Origin: Frankiaceae bacterium
GTDB taxonomy: Bacteria; Actinomycetota; Actinomycetes; JAFAQI01
Length of the DNA stretch: 24,456 bases
Direction of reading: 5' to 3'
NCBI GenBank assembly: GCA_030840615.1
Contig: JAVEEE010000136.1
Location: 1 to 24,456 of the forward strand
This document shows, piece after piece, positions 15,855 through 24,456 of this stretch. The notes beneath the pieces were generated by a model. That model was given only the letters and a program-made list of their open reading frames with translations, was not told the origin of the DNA and made no database searches. How positions within the stretch are numbered: position 1 is the first letter of the stretch; each line of letters begins with the position of its first letter. The position numbers and the translations under genes were made by a program.

Positions 15855-17727
15855 CGGCAACGGCGCCCACGACGGCTCGAGCAATGCCGCCAGCAACGGC
15901 CACGGCCCGGTCGGGCCGCTGGGTGCACCGTCCGCGGAGTGGCTGGCTCAGCTGGCCAACTCGATGTTCCGGCTGCCGCCGTCCGGTGTCGCCGATGCCG
16001 GAACGTCGCCGGCCGTGGCCTCGGCGCCGACGAGTGACCCGCACGCCGCTGTGACGACGACTCCTGTCATCACGGCGCCGGCGCCGCCGGTGCCGACAGG
16101 AGCGCCGCACAGTCCGGTAGCACCGCCCGGCATGCCGGTGTCGGCCGAGCCGTTGACCGACCCGACGGCCGCGTATTACTTCCTCGGCAGCGCGACCAGC
16201 GGCTCGCCGTTGGGCGCGGTTGCGGAGGGTATGCCCGTGCCGGCGGACGCTGCGTCGACGGCGTCGAGCGACCCCTATGCCGCCCTGACGACAGCTCCTG
16301 CGACCACGGCGCCGAAGCCGCCGGTGCCGACAGTCGTGCCGCACAGTCCGGCGGCACCGCCCGGCATGCCGGTGTCGGCCGAGCCGTTCACCGACCCGAC
16401 GGCCGCGTACTACTTCCTGACCGGCCCGGCCGACGGGTCGGCGTCAGGCATGCCGGCGGCACCGGCGCAGCCGCCGGGTCCGGCGTGGCTATCTCCGGGG
16501 GTCGCGGGCGACCCGAGTGTCACGGCCGCCCGCGCGGACTTCCCCGCGCTGCACCAGCAGGTGCACGGCAAGCCGCTGATCTGGTTCGACAACGCGGCGA
16601 CGACGCAGAAGCCACGCGCTGTGATGGACGCCCTGACGCACTTCTACGAGCACGACAACTCCAACGTGCACCGAGGCGCGCACACGCTCGCCGCTCGGGC
16701 GACCGATGCCTATGAAGGCGCGCGCGCAAGCGTTGCCCGGCTGCTCGGCGCGAGCAGCCCCGAGGACATCGTGTTCGTCCGGGGCACGACCGAGGGCATC
16801 AACCTGGTGGCGCAGAGCCTCGGCCGGCAAACCGTCGGCCAGGACGACGAGATCGTGGTGACCACGCTCGAGCACCACGCGAACATCGTGCCCTGGCAGA
16901 TGCTCGCGAAGGAGAAGGGCGCCAAGCTTCGCGTCGTCGAGGTCGACGACAGCGGCCAGGTCCTGCTCGACCACTACGCGAGCCTGCTCAACCCGCGCAC
17001 CCGGATCGTCGCCCTGAGTCACGTGTCCAACGCGCTTGGCACTGTCTTGCCGGTCGAGCAGATGATCGCGATGGCCCACAAGTTGGGCGTGCCGGTCGTG
17101 GTCGACGGCGCGCAGTCCGTTGCGCACATGCCGGTCGACGTCAACGCACTCGACGCCGACTTCTACGTCTTCTCCGGGCACAAGATCTTCGGCCCGACCG
17201 GCATCGGGGCCGTCTACGGTCGGCGTGACTTGTTGGAGAGCATGCCTCCGTGGCAGGGCGGCGGCAGCATGATCCGCGACGTCACGTTCGACGCGACCGT
17301 CTACAACGACCCGCCCTACAAGTTCGAGGCCGGGACGCCGTCGATCGCCGACGCCGTCGGTCTGCGCGCCGCGGTGGACTACGTCATGAGCCTGGGCATG
17401 CCGCGCATCTTCGCGCACGAGCAGGCACTCACGCAGACGTTGATGCAGACGCTCGGATCGATCCCGGGCGTGCGCCTCATCGGGACAGCCGCGGACAAGG
17501 TTGGCGTGGCGTCGTTCGTCATCGACGGCATACCGACCGAGCGGATCGGCACGATGCTCGACCAGCAGGGCATCGCCGTACGCTCCGGCCATCACTGCGC
17601 GCAGCCGGCGCTACGTCGTTTCGGGCTCGAGAGCACGGTTCGCCCGTCGCTCGCTTTCTACAACACCGACGCCGAGATCGAGACCCTGGGTCGCGCGGTG
17701 CGCGACATCACCCGCAGCGTGCACTGA
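15841..17727 (+). CDS. sufS: Encapsulin cargo cysteine desulfurase (SufS group II) with about 240-aa Pro/Ala-rich N-terminal cargo-loading extension
   Basis: Motifs WFDNAATTQKP, SNVHRG, FSGHKIFGPTGIG (PLP Lys) and RSGHHCAQP (catalytic Cys), plus N-terminal LAQLANSMF. 14-nt overlap with the encapsulin gene. Confidence 0.95.
   Translation: MSTSNGNGAHDGSSNAASNGHGPVGPLGAPSAEWLAQLANSMFRLPPSGVADAGTSPAVASAPTSDPHAAVTTTPVITAPAPPVPTGAPHSPVAPPGMPVSAEPLTDPTAAYYFLGSATSGSPLGAVAEGMPVPADAASTASSDPYAALTTAPATTAPKPPVPTVVPHSPAAPPGMPVSAEPFTDPTAAYYFLTGPADGSASGMPAAPAQPPGPAWLSPGVAGDPSVTAARADFPALHQQVHGKPLIWFDNAATTQKPRAVMDALTHFYEHDNSNVHRGAHTLAARATDAYEGARASVARLLGASSPEDIVFVRGTTEGINLVAQSLGRQTVGQDDEIVVTTLEHHANIVPWQMLAKEKGAKLRVVEVDDSGQVLLDHYASLLNPRTRIVALSHVSNALGTVLPVEQMIAMAHKLGVPVVVDGAQSVAHMPVDVNALDADFYVFSGHKIFGPTGIGAVYGRRDLLESMPPWQGGGSMIRDVTFDATVYNDPPYKFEAGTPSIADAVGLRAAVDYVMSLGMPRIFAHEQALTQTLMQTLGSIPGVRLIGTAADKVGVASFVIDGIPTERIGTMLDQQGIAVRSGHHCAQPALRRFGLESTVRPSLAFYNTDAEIETLGRAVRDITRSVH
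16033..16419 (+). repeat. Intragenic direct repeat, two 153-nt copies (16033-16185 and 16267-16419), period 234 nt
   Basis: SDP...PPGMPVSAEP(L/F)TDPTAAYYFL is duplicated; 41 of 51 aa are identical by manual alignment. Confidence 0.95.
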
Positions 17728-17742
17728 CGAAGCCGGCGAGGG

Positions 17743-19158
17743 TCAGCGCCGGGCGGTGACCTTCTTGGCTGGGGCCTTCTTGCCCACCGTGACCTTCTTG
17801 GCGGGCGCCCTCTTGCGGGTGGGGGGTGCTTCGGTGACGTCGATCGTCGGGTGGGGGAGCTCCTCGCGGGCGGCTTCGCGGAACTGCTTGCGCGGGTTTT
17901 CCATGTCGCCGAGTGACACGACCTCTCGGCGGAACAGCAGGGCCACCGACCAGTCGATGACGACCTGCAGCTTGCGCGCGGTGGTCGGCATCCGGCTGAC
18001 GTGGTAGAGCCGGTGCATCAGCCACGCGGGCATTCCCTTGAGCTTGACGCCGTAGACCTTGGCCGCCCCTTTGTGTAGACCGAGGCTGGCCACCGATCCG
18101 GCGTAGGAGTGCTTGTAGGCCTTCGGCTCCTTGCCGCGCTGGACCGCGGCGATGTTCTTGGCGAGTCGCGCGGACTGGCGGACGGCGTGCTGCGCGCTGG
18201 GACTGCACGATGCTCCGGGAGTCGAGAGGTCGGGGACGTTGGCGATGTCGCCCGCGGCCCACACGCCCGGCAGGTCCTTGACGCGCATCATCTCGTCACA
18301 CATCACCCGCTTGCGTTCGTCGAGTGGCAGGTCGCTGCGCTCGACGACCGGGTTGGGTCGTACGCCGGCCGTCCACACGATCGTCCCGGCTTCGAACGCG
18401 TCACCGTCGTCGAGCTGCACAAGCCCCTTGGCGATCGAGACAACCCGTCGTCCGAGCCGGAGGTCGAACCCTCTGCGTTCCAGCTGCTTGCGGGTGTACT
18501 CGCCCATCTCGGGCCCGATTTCCGGGAGAATGTGGTCGTTCGCCTCGACCAGCACCCAGCGCATCAGCTCCGGCTTCAGCCGCGGGTAGTAGCGCAGCGC
18601 GTATCGCGCCATGTCCTCGAGCTCGGCGATGGTCTCCACGCCGGCGTAGCCGCCGCCGACGAATGCGAACGTCAGCGCCTTGCGCCGGACGTGCTCGTCC
18701 TCTGTCGTCGACGCCACGTCCAGCTGGCTGAGCACGTGGTCGCGCAGGTAGATCGCCTCCGGCAAGGACTTGAGGCCGATGGCGTGATCAGCCAGACCGG
18801 GCACCGGCAGCGTGCGCACGATCGATCCGGCCGCGACGACGAGGACGTCGTATCCGACCTTCCGAGCCGGCCCGGAGGTAGGCCGCAGGGTCACCTGTCG
18901 CGACGCGTGGTCGATGTGCGTCACACAGCCGGTGAGGATCTCGCAGCGGTGCAGCACCTTGTGCAGGGCGACGACGACGTGCCGCGGCTCGATGCTCCCG
19001 GCCGCGGCTTCCGGCAGGAACGGCTGGTAGGTCATCCGGGCATGCGGGTCGATCACCGTGATCGACACCTTGCCCCTGCGGGCCAGCTTCTGCAGCCGGT
19101 GCGCCGTGTAGAGCCCCACGTAGCCGCCACCGACGATGAGGATGCGGGGCGTCGACAT
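17743..19158 (-). CDS. ndh: Type II NADH dehydrogenase / NAD(P)-FAD oxidoreductase with basic C-terminal tail
   Basis: Motifs ILIVGGGYVG, YQPFLPE, YDVLVVAAGS, FVGGGYAGVE, VWTAGV, VWAAGD and AQHAVRQ. Confidence 0.92.
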   Translation of the reverse strand: MSTPRILIVGGGYVGLYTAHRLQKLARRGKVSITVIDPHARMTYQPFLPEAAAGSIEPRHVVVALHKVLHRCEILTGCVTHIDHASRQVTLRPTSGPARKVGYDVLVVAAGSIVRTLPVPGLADHAIGLKSLPEAIYLRDHVLSQLDVASTTEDEHVRRKALTFAFVGGGYAGVETIAELEDMARYALRYYPRLKPELMRWVLVEANDHILPEIGPEMGEYTRKQLERRGFDLRLGRRVVSIAKGLVQLDDGDAFEAGTIVWTAGVRPNPVVERSDLPLDERKRVMCDEMMRVKDLPGVWAAGDIANVPDLSTPGASCSPSAQHAVRQSARLAKNIAAVQRGKEPKAYKHSYAGSVASLGLHKGAAKVYGVKLKGMPAWLMHRLYHVSRMPTTARKLQVVIDWSVALLFRREVVSLGDMENPRKQFREAAREELPHPTIDVTEAPPTRKRAPAKKVTVGKKAPAKKVTARR

Positions 19159-19266
19159 CGCCGTCGCTACCCCCTTCGGTCAGGCCGCTGAACCGGATTC
19201 CACCGTAGTGGGCGGCTTGGCGCGCCGCAGCAGCTTCATCAAGTTGAAGAGCGACATGATGACGGC

Positions 19267-20340
19267 GTGAGCCTCCTGCCCGACCTGCCCTTCTGGGCGG
19301 AGTTACTCGTGTTCGCCGCCGCCGCGGTCACCATCTGGGTGGCCGGCATCTTCCTGTCGAACTACACCGATGTCCTCGCCGAACGGATCCATCTCGGCCA
19401 GGCGTTGGGCGGCCTGATCCTGCTGGCGGTGGCAACCAACCTGCCGGAGATCGCCATCACCTACACGGCGGCAGCGAGTGGCCACCTCGACATCGCCGTC
19501 AGCAACATTCTCGGCGGGATCGCTATCCAGACCGCGCTGCTTGCGGCGCTCGACGCATTCGGTGTGCGGCAACGACGCCCTCTCACCTATCAGGCCGCCA
19601 GTCTCACCCTCGTCATCGAAGGTGCGGTCGTGCTCGCGGTGCTGGTCGCTGTCGTGATGGGCACGCAGCTGCCCGACACGCTCATCAAGTTCCGGCTCAC
19701 CCCGGACGTCGTGCTCATCACGGTCATCTGGGTGACCGGGCTCGTGCTCGTCCAACGCGGTGGCGGTGCCCTGCCGTGGTCCAACTGTGGCGAGGCACCG
19801 GACAGCCAGCCGGAACCGCGCGGGCACTCCCGCACGAAGACGGCGGACAAAGCCGCGGACAAAGGTGTGAGCACCACGAAGGTGCTGGTCGTGTTCAGCG
19901 TTGCAGCGCTCGCGACACTGGTTGCCGGCGCGCTGGCGGAGGAGAGCGGCAGCGCGGCGGCCGACCACGTCGGGCTCTCCGGCGTCGTGTTCGGTGCCAC
20001 CGTGCTCGCCGCCGCAACCGCACTGCCCGAGCTGAGCACCGGCCTCACCGCGGTCCGGATGGGTGACTACAAGCTGGCCTTCGGCGACATCTTCGGCGGC
20101 AATGCGTTCCTTCCGGTGCTGTTCCTGCTCGCCGTGCTCGTCTCGGGCAAGCCGGTGCTGCCGCATGCGCACGCGACGGACATCTACCTGACCGGGCTCG
20201 CGGCACTGCTCACGGTCATCTACGTGGCCGGGCTGGTCTTCCGCCCCGCGAAGCAGCACTTCCGGCTCGGGGTGGACAGCATCACGGTAGTCGTTCTCTA
20301 CGTCCTCGGCATCGTCGGACTGGTCGCACTGCCCGCGTGA
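19267..20340 (+). CDS. Sodium:calcium antiporter (CaCA/YrbG family)
   Basis: Alpha repeats LAVATNLPE...SNILGG and AAATALPE...GDIFGGN; multiple TM helices. Confidence 0.9.
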   Translation: MSLLPDLPFWAELLVFAAAAVTIWVAGIFLSNYTDVLAERIHLGQALGGLILLAVATNLPEIAITYTAAASGHLDIAVSNILGGIAIQTALLAALDAFGVRQRRPLTYQAASLTLVIEGAVVLAVLVAVVMGTQLPDTLIKFRLTPDVVLITVIWVTGLVLVQRGGGALPWSNCGEAPDSQPEPRGHSRTKTADKAADKGVSTTKVLVVFSVAALATLVAGALAEESGSAAADHVGLSGVVFGATVLAAATALPELSTGLTAVRMGDYKLAFGDIFGGNAFLPVLFLLAVLVSGKPVLPHAHATDIYLTGLAALLTVIYVAGLVFRPAKQHFRLGVDSITVVVLYVLGIVGLVALPA

Positions 20341-20374
20341 CGACGGCACCGGCGCGCGCAGCAACCTAGACTCG

Positions 20375-20992
20375 ATGCTCGTGCCGCGTCGACGTCTCGT
20401 TCTCGCCTCTGCGTCTCCGGCGCGGTTGCGCCTGCTGCGCGACGCCGGATTCGACCCGGACGTGGTGGTCAGCGGTGTCGACGAGTCGGCCGTCCGGCAC
20501 GAGGACCCGTGGGAGCTTGTCCGCATGTTGGCCGAGCGCAAGGCTCGTGCGGTTGCCATCGACGTCACCGATGACGCGATCGTCGTGGGCTGCGACTCGC
20601 TGCTGCTCTTCGACGGCGCCGCGCTCGGCAAGCCGTCGTCACCACAGGACGCCACGAGTCGCTGGCAGCGCATGCGCGGTCGAACCGGTGCACTGATCAC
20701 CGGTCACTGCGTGGTCGACCCGGCAAACGGTCGGACGGCCGCCGACGTCGCCGACACCGTCGTGCGATTCGGGACGCCGAGCGATGCCGAGATCGCTGCC
20801 TACGTCGCAACGGGGGAGCCGCTTCGCGTCGCGGGAGCGTTCACGCTCGACGGCCGGTCGGCGCCGTTCATCGACGGCATCGACGGTGACCCGGGCAACG
20901 TCATCGGACTGTCACTTCCCCTGTTCCGACGGCTGCTCGCCGAGGTCGACGTCGGCATCACCGACCTGTGGGGGGCGGTGCCGGCATGCTGA
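20375..20992 (+). CDS. maf: Maf family nucleoside-triphosphate pyrophosphatase
   Basis: Motifs [38 protein letters not shown] and NVIGLSL. The start may be GTG 20381, since TAGACT is at 20367-20372. Confidence 0.95.
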   Translation: MLVPRRRLVLASASPARLRLLRDAGFDPDVVVSGVDESAVRHEDPWELVRMLAERKARAVAIDVTDDAIVVGCDSLLLFDGAALGKPSSPQDATSRWQRMRGRTGALITGHCVVDPANGRTAADVADTVVRFGTPSDAEIAAYVATGEPLRVAGAFTLDGRSAPFIDGIDGDPGNVIGLSLPLFRRLLAEVDVGITDLWGAVPAC

Positions 20993-22101
20993 AGATCGGT
21001 GCGATCGAGGTGGACCCCCCGGTCGTCCTCGCCCCGATGGCAGGGGTCACGAACCCGGCCTTCCGCCGGCTGTGCCGGTCGTATGGCCGCGGCCTCTACG
21101 TGAGCGAGATGATCTCGTCGCGCGCACTCGTCGAGGGCAATGCGAAGACCCGCGCCATGGTGCGCCGAGAGACCGACGCTCCGGTGCACAGCATTCAGCT
21201 CTCCGGAGTCGACCCGGTGGTTGTGGCCCGCGCCGTGCGCATCGTCGTCGAGGACTACGGCGCAGACCACATCGACATCAACATGGGCTGCCCCGTTCCG
21301 AAGGTCACCCGTCTGGGCGGCGGCGCGGCGCTACCCGTCCACCGCAGGCTGCTGCGCGACATCGTTCGCTCGGCAGTCCGCGCCGCCGGCGTCGTACCCG
21401 TCACGATCAAGATGCGTAAGGGCGTCGACGACGACACCTTGACCTACCTGGAGACCGGTGCGATCGCCGAGGGCGAGGGCGTGACCGCCGTCGCGCTGCA
21501 CGCCCGGACCGCGGAACAGCTCTACTCCGGCCGGGCGGACTGGGATGCCATCGCGAGGCTGAAGGAGCATGTGCAGACCATTCCCGTGCTCGGTAACGGT
21601 GACGTGTGGGCTGCGCCGGACGCCGTGCGGATGATGCGGGAGACCGGGTGTGACGGTGTCGTGGTCGGTCGAGGTTGCCTGGGCCGGCCCTGGCTGTTCG
21701 GCGACCTCGAGGCGGCCTACGCCGGAAGGCCGATCGCGCCGCCGCCCGCGTTGGGCGAGGTCGTCGAGGTCATGCGCCGGCACGTCCGTCTCCTCGTCGA
21801 GCTGCAGGGCTCGGAGCACTACGGCGTGAGCGACTTCCGCAAGCATGTGGGCTGGTATCTCACCGGCTACGCCGCCGGGCCGGAGCGCCGTCGCCGACTG
21901 GCTCAGTCGTCGTCGCTCGCGGAGCTCGACGACCTGTTGTATGACCTCGATCCCACGGTGACGTTGCCGGCAGACGCGCAGCATCTGCCGCGGGGACATC
22001 TGCACGGCCCGCGACCCGTGACGCTGCCGGAGGGCTGGCGCGAACAGGCCGACGACCCGACGCCTCCTGCTGGGGCGGACCTTCCCTCCTCGGGCGGCTG
22101 A
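20986..22101 (+). CDS. dusB: tRNA-dihydrouridine synthase DusB
   Basis: Motifs [38 protein letters not shown] and [13 protein letters not shown]. Confidence 0.95.
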   Translation: MLKIGAIEVDPPVVLAPMAGVTNPAFRRLCRSYGRGLYVSEMISSRALVEGNAKTRAMVRRETDAPVHSIQLSGVDPVVVARAVRIVVEDYGADHIDINMGCPVPKVTRLGGGAALPVHRRLLRDIVRSAVRAAGVVPVTIKMRKGVDDDTLTYLETGAIAEGEGVTAVALHARTAEQLYSGRADWDAIARLKEHVQTIPVLGNGDVWAAPDAVRMMRETGCDGVVVGRGCLGRPWLFGDLEAAYAGRPIAPPPALGEVVEVMRRHVRLLVELQGSEHYGVSDFRKHVGWYLTGYAAGPERRRRLAQSSSLAELDDLLYDLDPTVTLPADAQHLPRGHLHGPRPVTLPEGWREQADDPTPPAGADLPSSGG

Positions 22102-22131
22102 GCCTCGCCCGCTAGCGATACGTTGCCCGGC

Positions 22132-22734
22132 ATGACGCCAGAGCCCTTACTGGACCGACCGAGAATCGAACCGCTGCCGGCGGATGACGCCGTCGCGCAA
22201 CGGCTCGCCGTCGGCGCCGATCGCAACGACGGTCGCCCACTCAACATCTTCCTGACACTCGCCCGCCACGAAGAGCTGTTCAACAGCTTCGGCCGGCTCG
22301 GATCGCTGCTGTTGTTCAAGGGGCGACTCCCGGCGCGGGAGCGGGAGCTCGTCATCCTGCGCGTCGGCTACGGGGCCCAGTCCGAGTACGAGTTCGGTCA
22401 GCACACAGTCATCGGCCGCGAAGCCGGAATCACCGACGAGGAGATCACGCGGCTGGCCGCCGCCGACCTCGACGGCTGGTCGCCTGACGACGCTGCCTTG
22501 CTGCGAATGGCGGACGAGCTCTGCCGGAACGACTTCGTGTCGGCAGAAACCTGGACCGACCTCACCCGCCGTTGGGACAACACCGAGCTGCTCGAGCTGC
22601 TCGTCCTCGCGGGTTACTACCGGCTCGTCTCCGGCATGTTGAACAGCGCGGGGGTGGCCCTCGAGCCGCGCACCCCAGGCTGGCCGGAGGGTGCAGCAGA
22701 CTTACGGCGCGCGCCGAGGGAGCCGGCGCGATGA
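22132..22734 (+). CDS. Carboxymuconolactone decarboxylase/AhpD-like family protein
   Basis: Motifs LNIFLTLARH, LPARERELVILRV, EYEFGQH and ELLVLAGYY. TACGTT lies 7 nt before ATG 22132. Confidence 0.88.
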   Translation: MTPEPLLDRPRIEPLPADDAVAQRLAVGADRNDGRPLNIFLTLARHEELFNSFGRLGSLLLFKGRLPARERELVILRVGYGAQSEYEFGQHTVIGREAGITDEEITRLAAADLDGWSPDDAALLRMADELCRNDFVSAETWTDLTRRWDNTELLELLVLAGYYRLVSGMLNSAGVALEPRTPGWPEGAADLRRAPREPAR

Positions 22735-23534
22735 CCGCCGACCCCGGACGGCCGGAGCACGGCCGGTTCGCCGGCCGTCGGGTGCTCGTCGTCGGCGGCG
22801 GGACCCGGCGCACCGACGATCCCGATGCTCCGGTCGGCAACGGCCGCGCGATCGCCGTGACGGTCGCCCGCCACGGCGGCACGGTCGCCGTCAACGACAT
22901 CGACGCCGATGCCGCGCAGGAGACAGCGCAGCTCGTGCTCGCAGCCGGCGGACGCGAGTCACCGGTCATCGTCGCCGACGTCGGCGACGAGGTCGCGTGT
23001 CAGGCCATGGTGGTCGAGGCGGCCGACCGGCTCGGGGGCCTCGACGGCCTGGTGCTCAACGTCGGCATCGGACTCGGCCGGGGGCTCATGGAGACGAGCG
23101 CACACGACTGGGATCGCGTCCTGGCGGTGAACCTGCGCTCGAACTTCCTCGGTCTGCAGGCCGCACTTCCGCTCATGGACGAGGGCTCCAGTGTCGTGCT
23201 CATCTCCTCGATCGCCGGGCTGCGCCCCGGCAGCAACGTGCCGGCGTACGACGCGTCCAAGGCGGCGCAGATCGGGCTGGCACGCCACGCCGCGCGCGAG
23301 GCGGCTGCCCGCGGGATCCGCATCAACACGGTCGTTCCCGGGCTGATCGACACGCCGCTGGGGCGTCTCGCGACGCAGGGGCGGCCGGGCCGCGCCGGCA
23401 CCCGGATCCCGTTGGGACGGCAGGGAACGGCATGGGAGGTCGCGGACGCCGTCACGTTCCTGCTCAGCGACGAGGCCCGCTACATCACCGGCCAGGTGCT
23501 GGCGGTGGACGGCGGGCTGTCGACGGTGGGCTGA
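22731..23534 (+). CDS. SDR family NAD(P)-dependent oxidoreductase
   Basis: GGG...GNGRA glycine motif, LDGLVLNVG, YDASK catalytic motif, IRINTVVPG and YITGQVLAVDGG. ATGA overlap with the CMD gene. Confidence 0.93.
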   Translation: MTADPGRPEHGRFAGRRVLVVGGGTRRTDDPDAPVGNGRAIAVTVARHGGTVAVNDIDADAAQETAQLVLAAGGRESPVIVADVGDEVACQAMVVEAADRLGGLDGLVLNVGIGLGRGLMETSAHDWDRVLAVNLRSNFLGLQAALPLMDEGSSVVLISSIAGLRPGSNVPAYDASKAAQIGLARHAAREAAARGIRINTVVPGLIDTPLGRLATQGRPGRAGTRIPLGRQGTAWEVADAVTFLLSDEARYITGQVLAVDGGLSTVG

Positions 23535-23554
23535 CGGCCGACTACGGTCCCGAC

Positions 23555-24169
23555 ATGACAACTGCACAGATCCAGGTCGTGCGAGCTACCCGAGCCGACG
23601 CCGACCGGTTGGGCAGTGCCCTGGCCGGCGCGTTCGTGGACGACCCGGTCTTCGGCTGGCTCATCCCGCTCGGTGTGGAGCGGCGGGACGAGCGACTGCG
23701 CACCTTCTTCACGAGCATGGCGCGGTCCTACCTGCGCCGCGACAAGCACGCCTACCTCGCCGGTGATGGGGTGGGCGCCGCCTTGTGGTCCGCTCCCGGA
23801 TCGTGGAACCTGCCCGCGACCGAGATCGCCCGCGAGGCGCGACCGTCGTTTCGGGCGTTCGGCGGCGGGATCATCCGTGCCCTGCGGGTGCAGCTGGAGG
23901 TGGAGGGCGGCCACCCGAAGGACCCGAAGCACTGGTACCTCGGCTACCTCGGCGTCGCACCCGGTCATCAGGGGCAGGGCATCGGAGCTGCGATGCTGCG
24001 CGAGGTCCTGGCGCAGGCCGACGAGGCCGGAACGCCGGCCTACCTCGAGTCGTCGAACGAACGCAACCTGCCGCTCTACGAGCGGCACGGGTTCGTGGTG
24101 ACCAAGGCCTACCAGGCGCTCGGCCGCGGGCCGACGATCTGGCGGATGTGGCGCGAACCGACGTCCTAG
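23555..24169 (+). CDS. GNAT family N-acetyltransferase
   Basis: Motif A LGVAPGHQGQGIG and AYLESSNERNLPLYERHGF. TACGGT lies 6 nt before the ATG. Confidence 0.92.
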   Translation: MTTAQIQVVRATRADADRLGSALAGAFVDDPVFGWLIPLGVERRDERLRTFFTSMARSYLRRDKHAYLAGDGVGAALWSAPGSWNLPATEIAREARPSFRAFGGGIIRALRVQLEVEGGHPKDPKHWYLGYLGVAPGHQGQGIGAAMLREVLAQADEAGTPAYLESSNERNLPLYERHGFVVTKAYQALGRGPTIWRMWREPTS

Positions 24170-24456
24170 CCGTTACGCCGGCGCAGCTGCCAGGCCAGCA
24201 CGTATTCGGCCATTGCACTCCCCGCCGCGACGCCCGCCGCCGCTACGCCGCGCGCCCGGGTGAGCCGGCCACCGCTGACGAGGGTCGCGACGACCGCACC
24301 GTCGACGGTGTCGGCAACGCCCTGCAGGACGAGCTGGCGCGACACGTCCCGTCCCGGCCGGGTCGCGGCGAGCGACGTCAGACCGAGCGCCACGTCACGC
24401 ACGCCGAAATAACGGAACAGGACGCGAAGCGCCCGGTCGTCCGGGGAGCCGCCGGG
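24166..24456 (-). CDS. Partial small membrane protein (DUF4267-like), 5' end outside the window
   Basis: Frame is open to the window edge: ...RVLFRYFGVRDVALG...VADTVDG, a pattern typical of RD..D motif membrane proteins. Confidence 0.55.
   Translation of the reverse strand, partial: PGGSPDDRALRVLFRYFGVRDVALGLTSLAATRPGRDVSRQLVLQGVADTVDGAVVATLVSGGRLTRARGVAAAGVAAGSAMAEYVLAWQLRRRNG

Noticed and set aside
19234-19249. Inverted repeat CTTCA-N6-TGAAG between ndh and the CaCA gene, as a possible Rex operator
   Set aside because: It does not match Rex TTGTGAA-N4-TTCACAA, and 5-bp arms are too short to call an operator.
19303-20700. 465-aa minus-strand ORF, and similar long antisense ORFs (2502-3590, 7312-8322, 16489-17595)
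   Set aside because: These are shadows of well-supported genes on the opposite strand.
22691-24169. 492-aa ORF appearing to fuse with the GNAT
   Set aside because: The N-terminal part is an off-frame Arg-rich reading of the SDR gene. The GNAT has its own -10 hexamer and ATG at 23555.
1-24456. tRNA, rRNA, CRISPR array, IS or prophage genes
   Set aside because: No T-loop or cloverleaf, no spaced direct-repeat array, and no transposase, integrase or phage motifs were seen. The encapsulin has an HK97 fold but is a cellular compartment protein.

Overview
High-GC (roughly 70% by eye, not computed) Actinomycetota chromosomal window with about 27 plausible CDSs. I saw no RNA genes, mobile elements or CRISPR arrays. 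The left part follows the conserved actinobacterial gene order adnB - nudC - mrx1 - uvrD2 - whiB7 (as in M. tuberculosis Rv3201c-Rv3197A), with accessory genes inserted: PPOX-like, DODA dioxygenase, MFS, TIGR03084-like, GAF-ANTAR and a YpfJ-like peptidase. The whiB7 attenuator can be read in full: A-tract/-35/-10 promoter, 59-aa uORF, antiterminator and terminator. The best candidate for an undescribed system is a tightly coupled + strand cluster at 12710-17727. It encodes a small secreted/anchored protein, a polytopic membrane protein with two PmoC-like D-x3-H...P-x-H motifs, an orphan TatA-like protein, a Family 2B (cNMP-domain) encapsulin shell, and a SufS-type cysteine desulfurase whose disordered cargo-loading extension carries a 51-aa tandem duplication. 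Other oddities are an apparently circularly permuted nucleotide pyrophosphatase/phosphodiesterase, a UvrD2 lacking its tetracysteine module, and an NDH-2 with a histone-like APAKKVT tail. The right end carries ndh, a CaCA antiporter, maf, dusB, CMD-family, SDR and GNAT genes. All calls come from motif recognition only; no database search was run.
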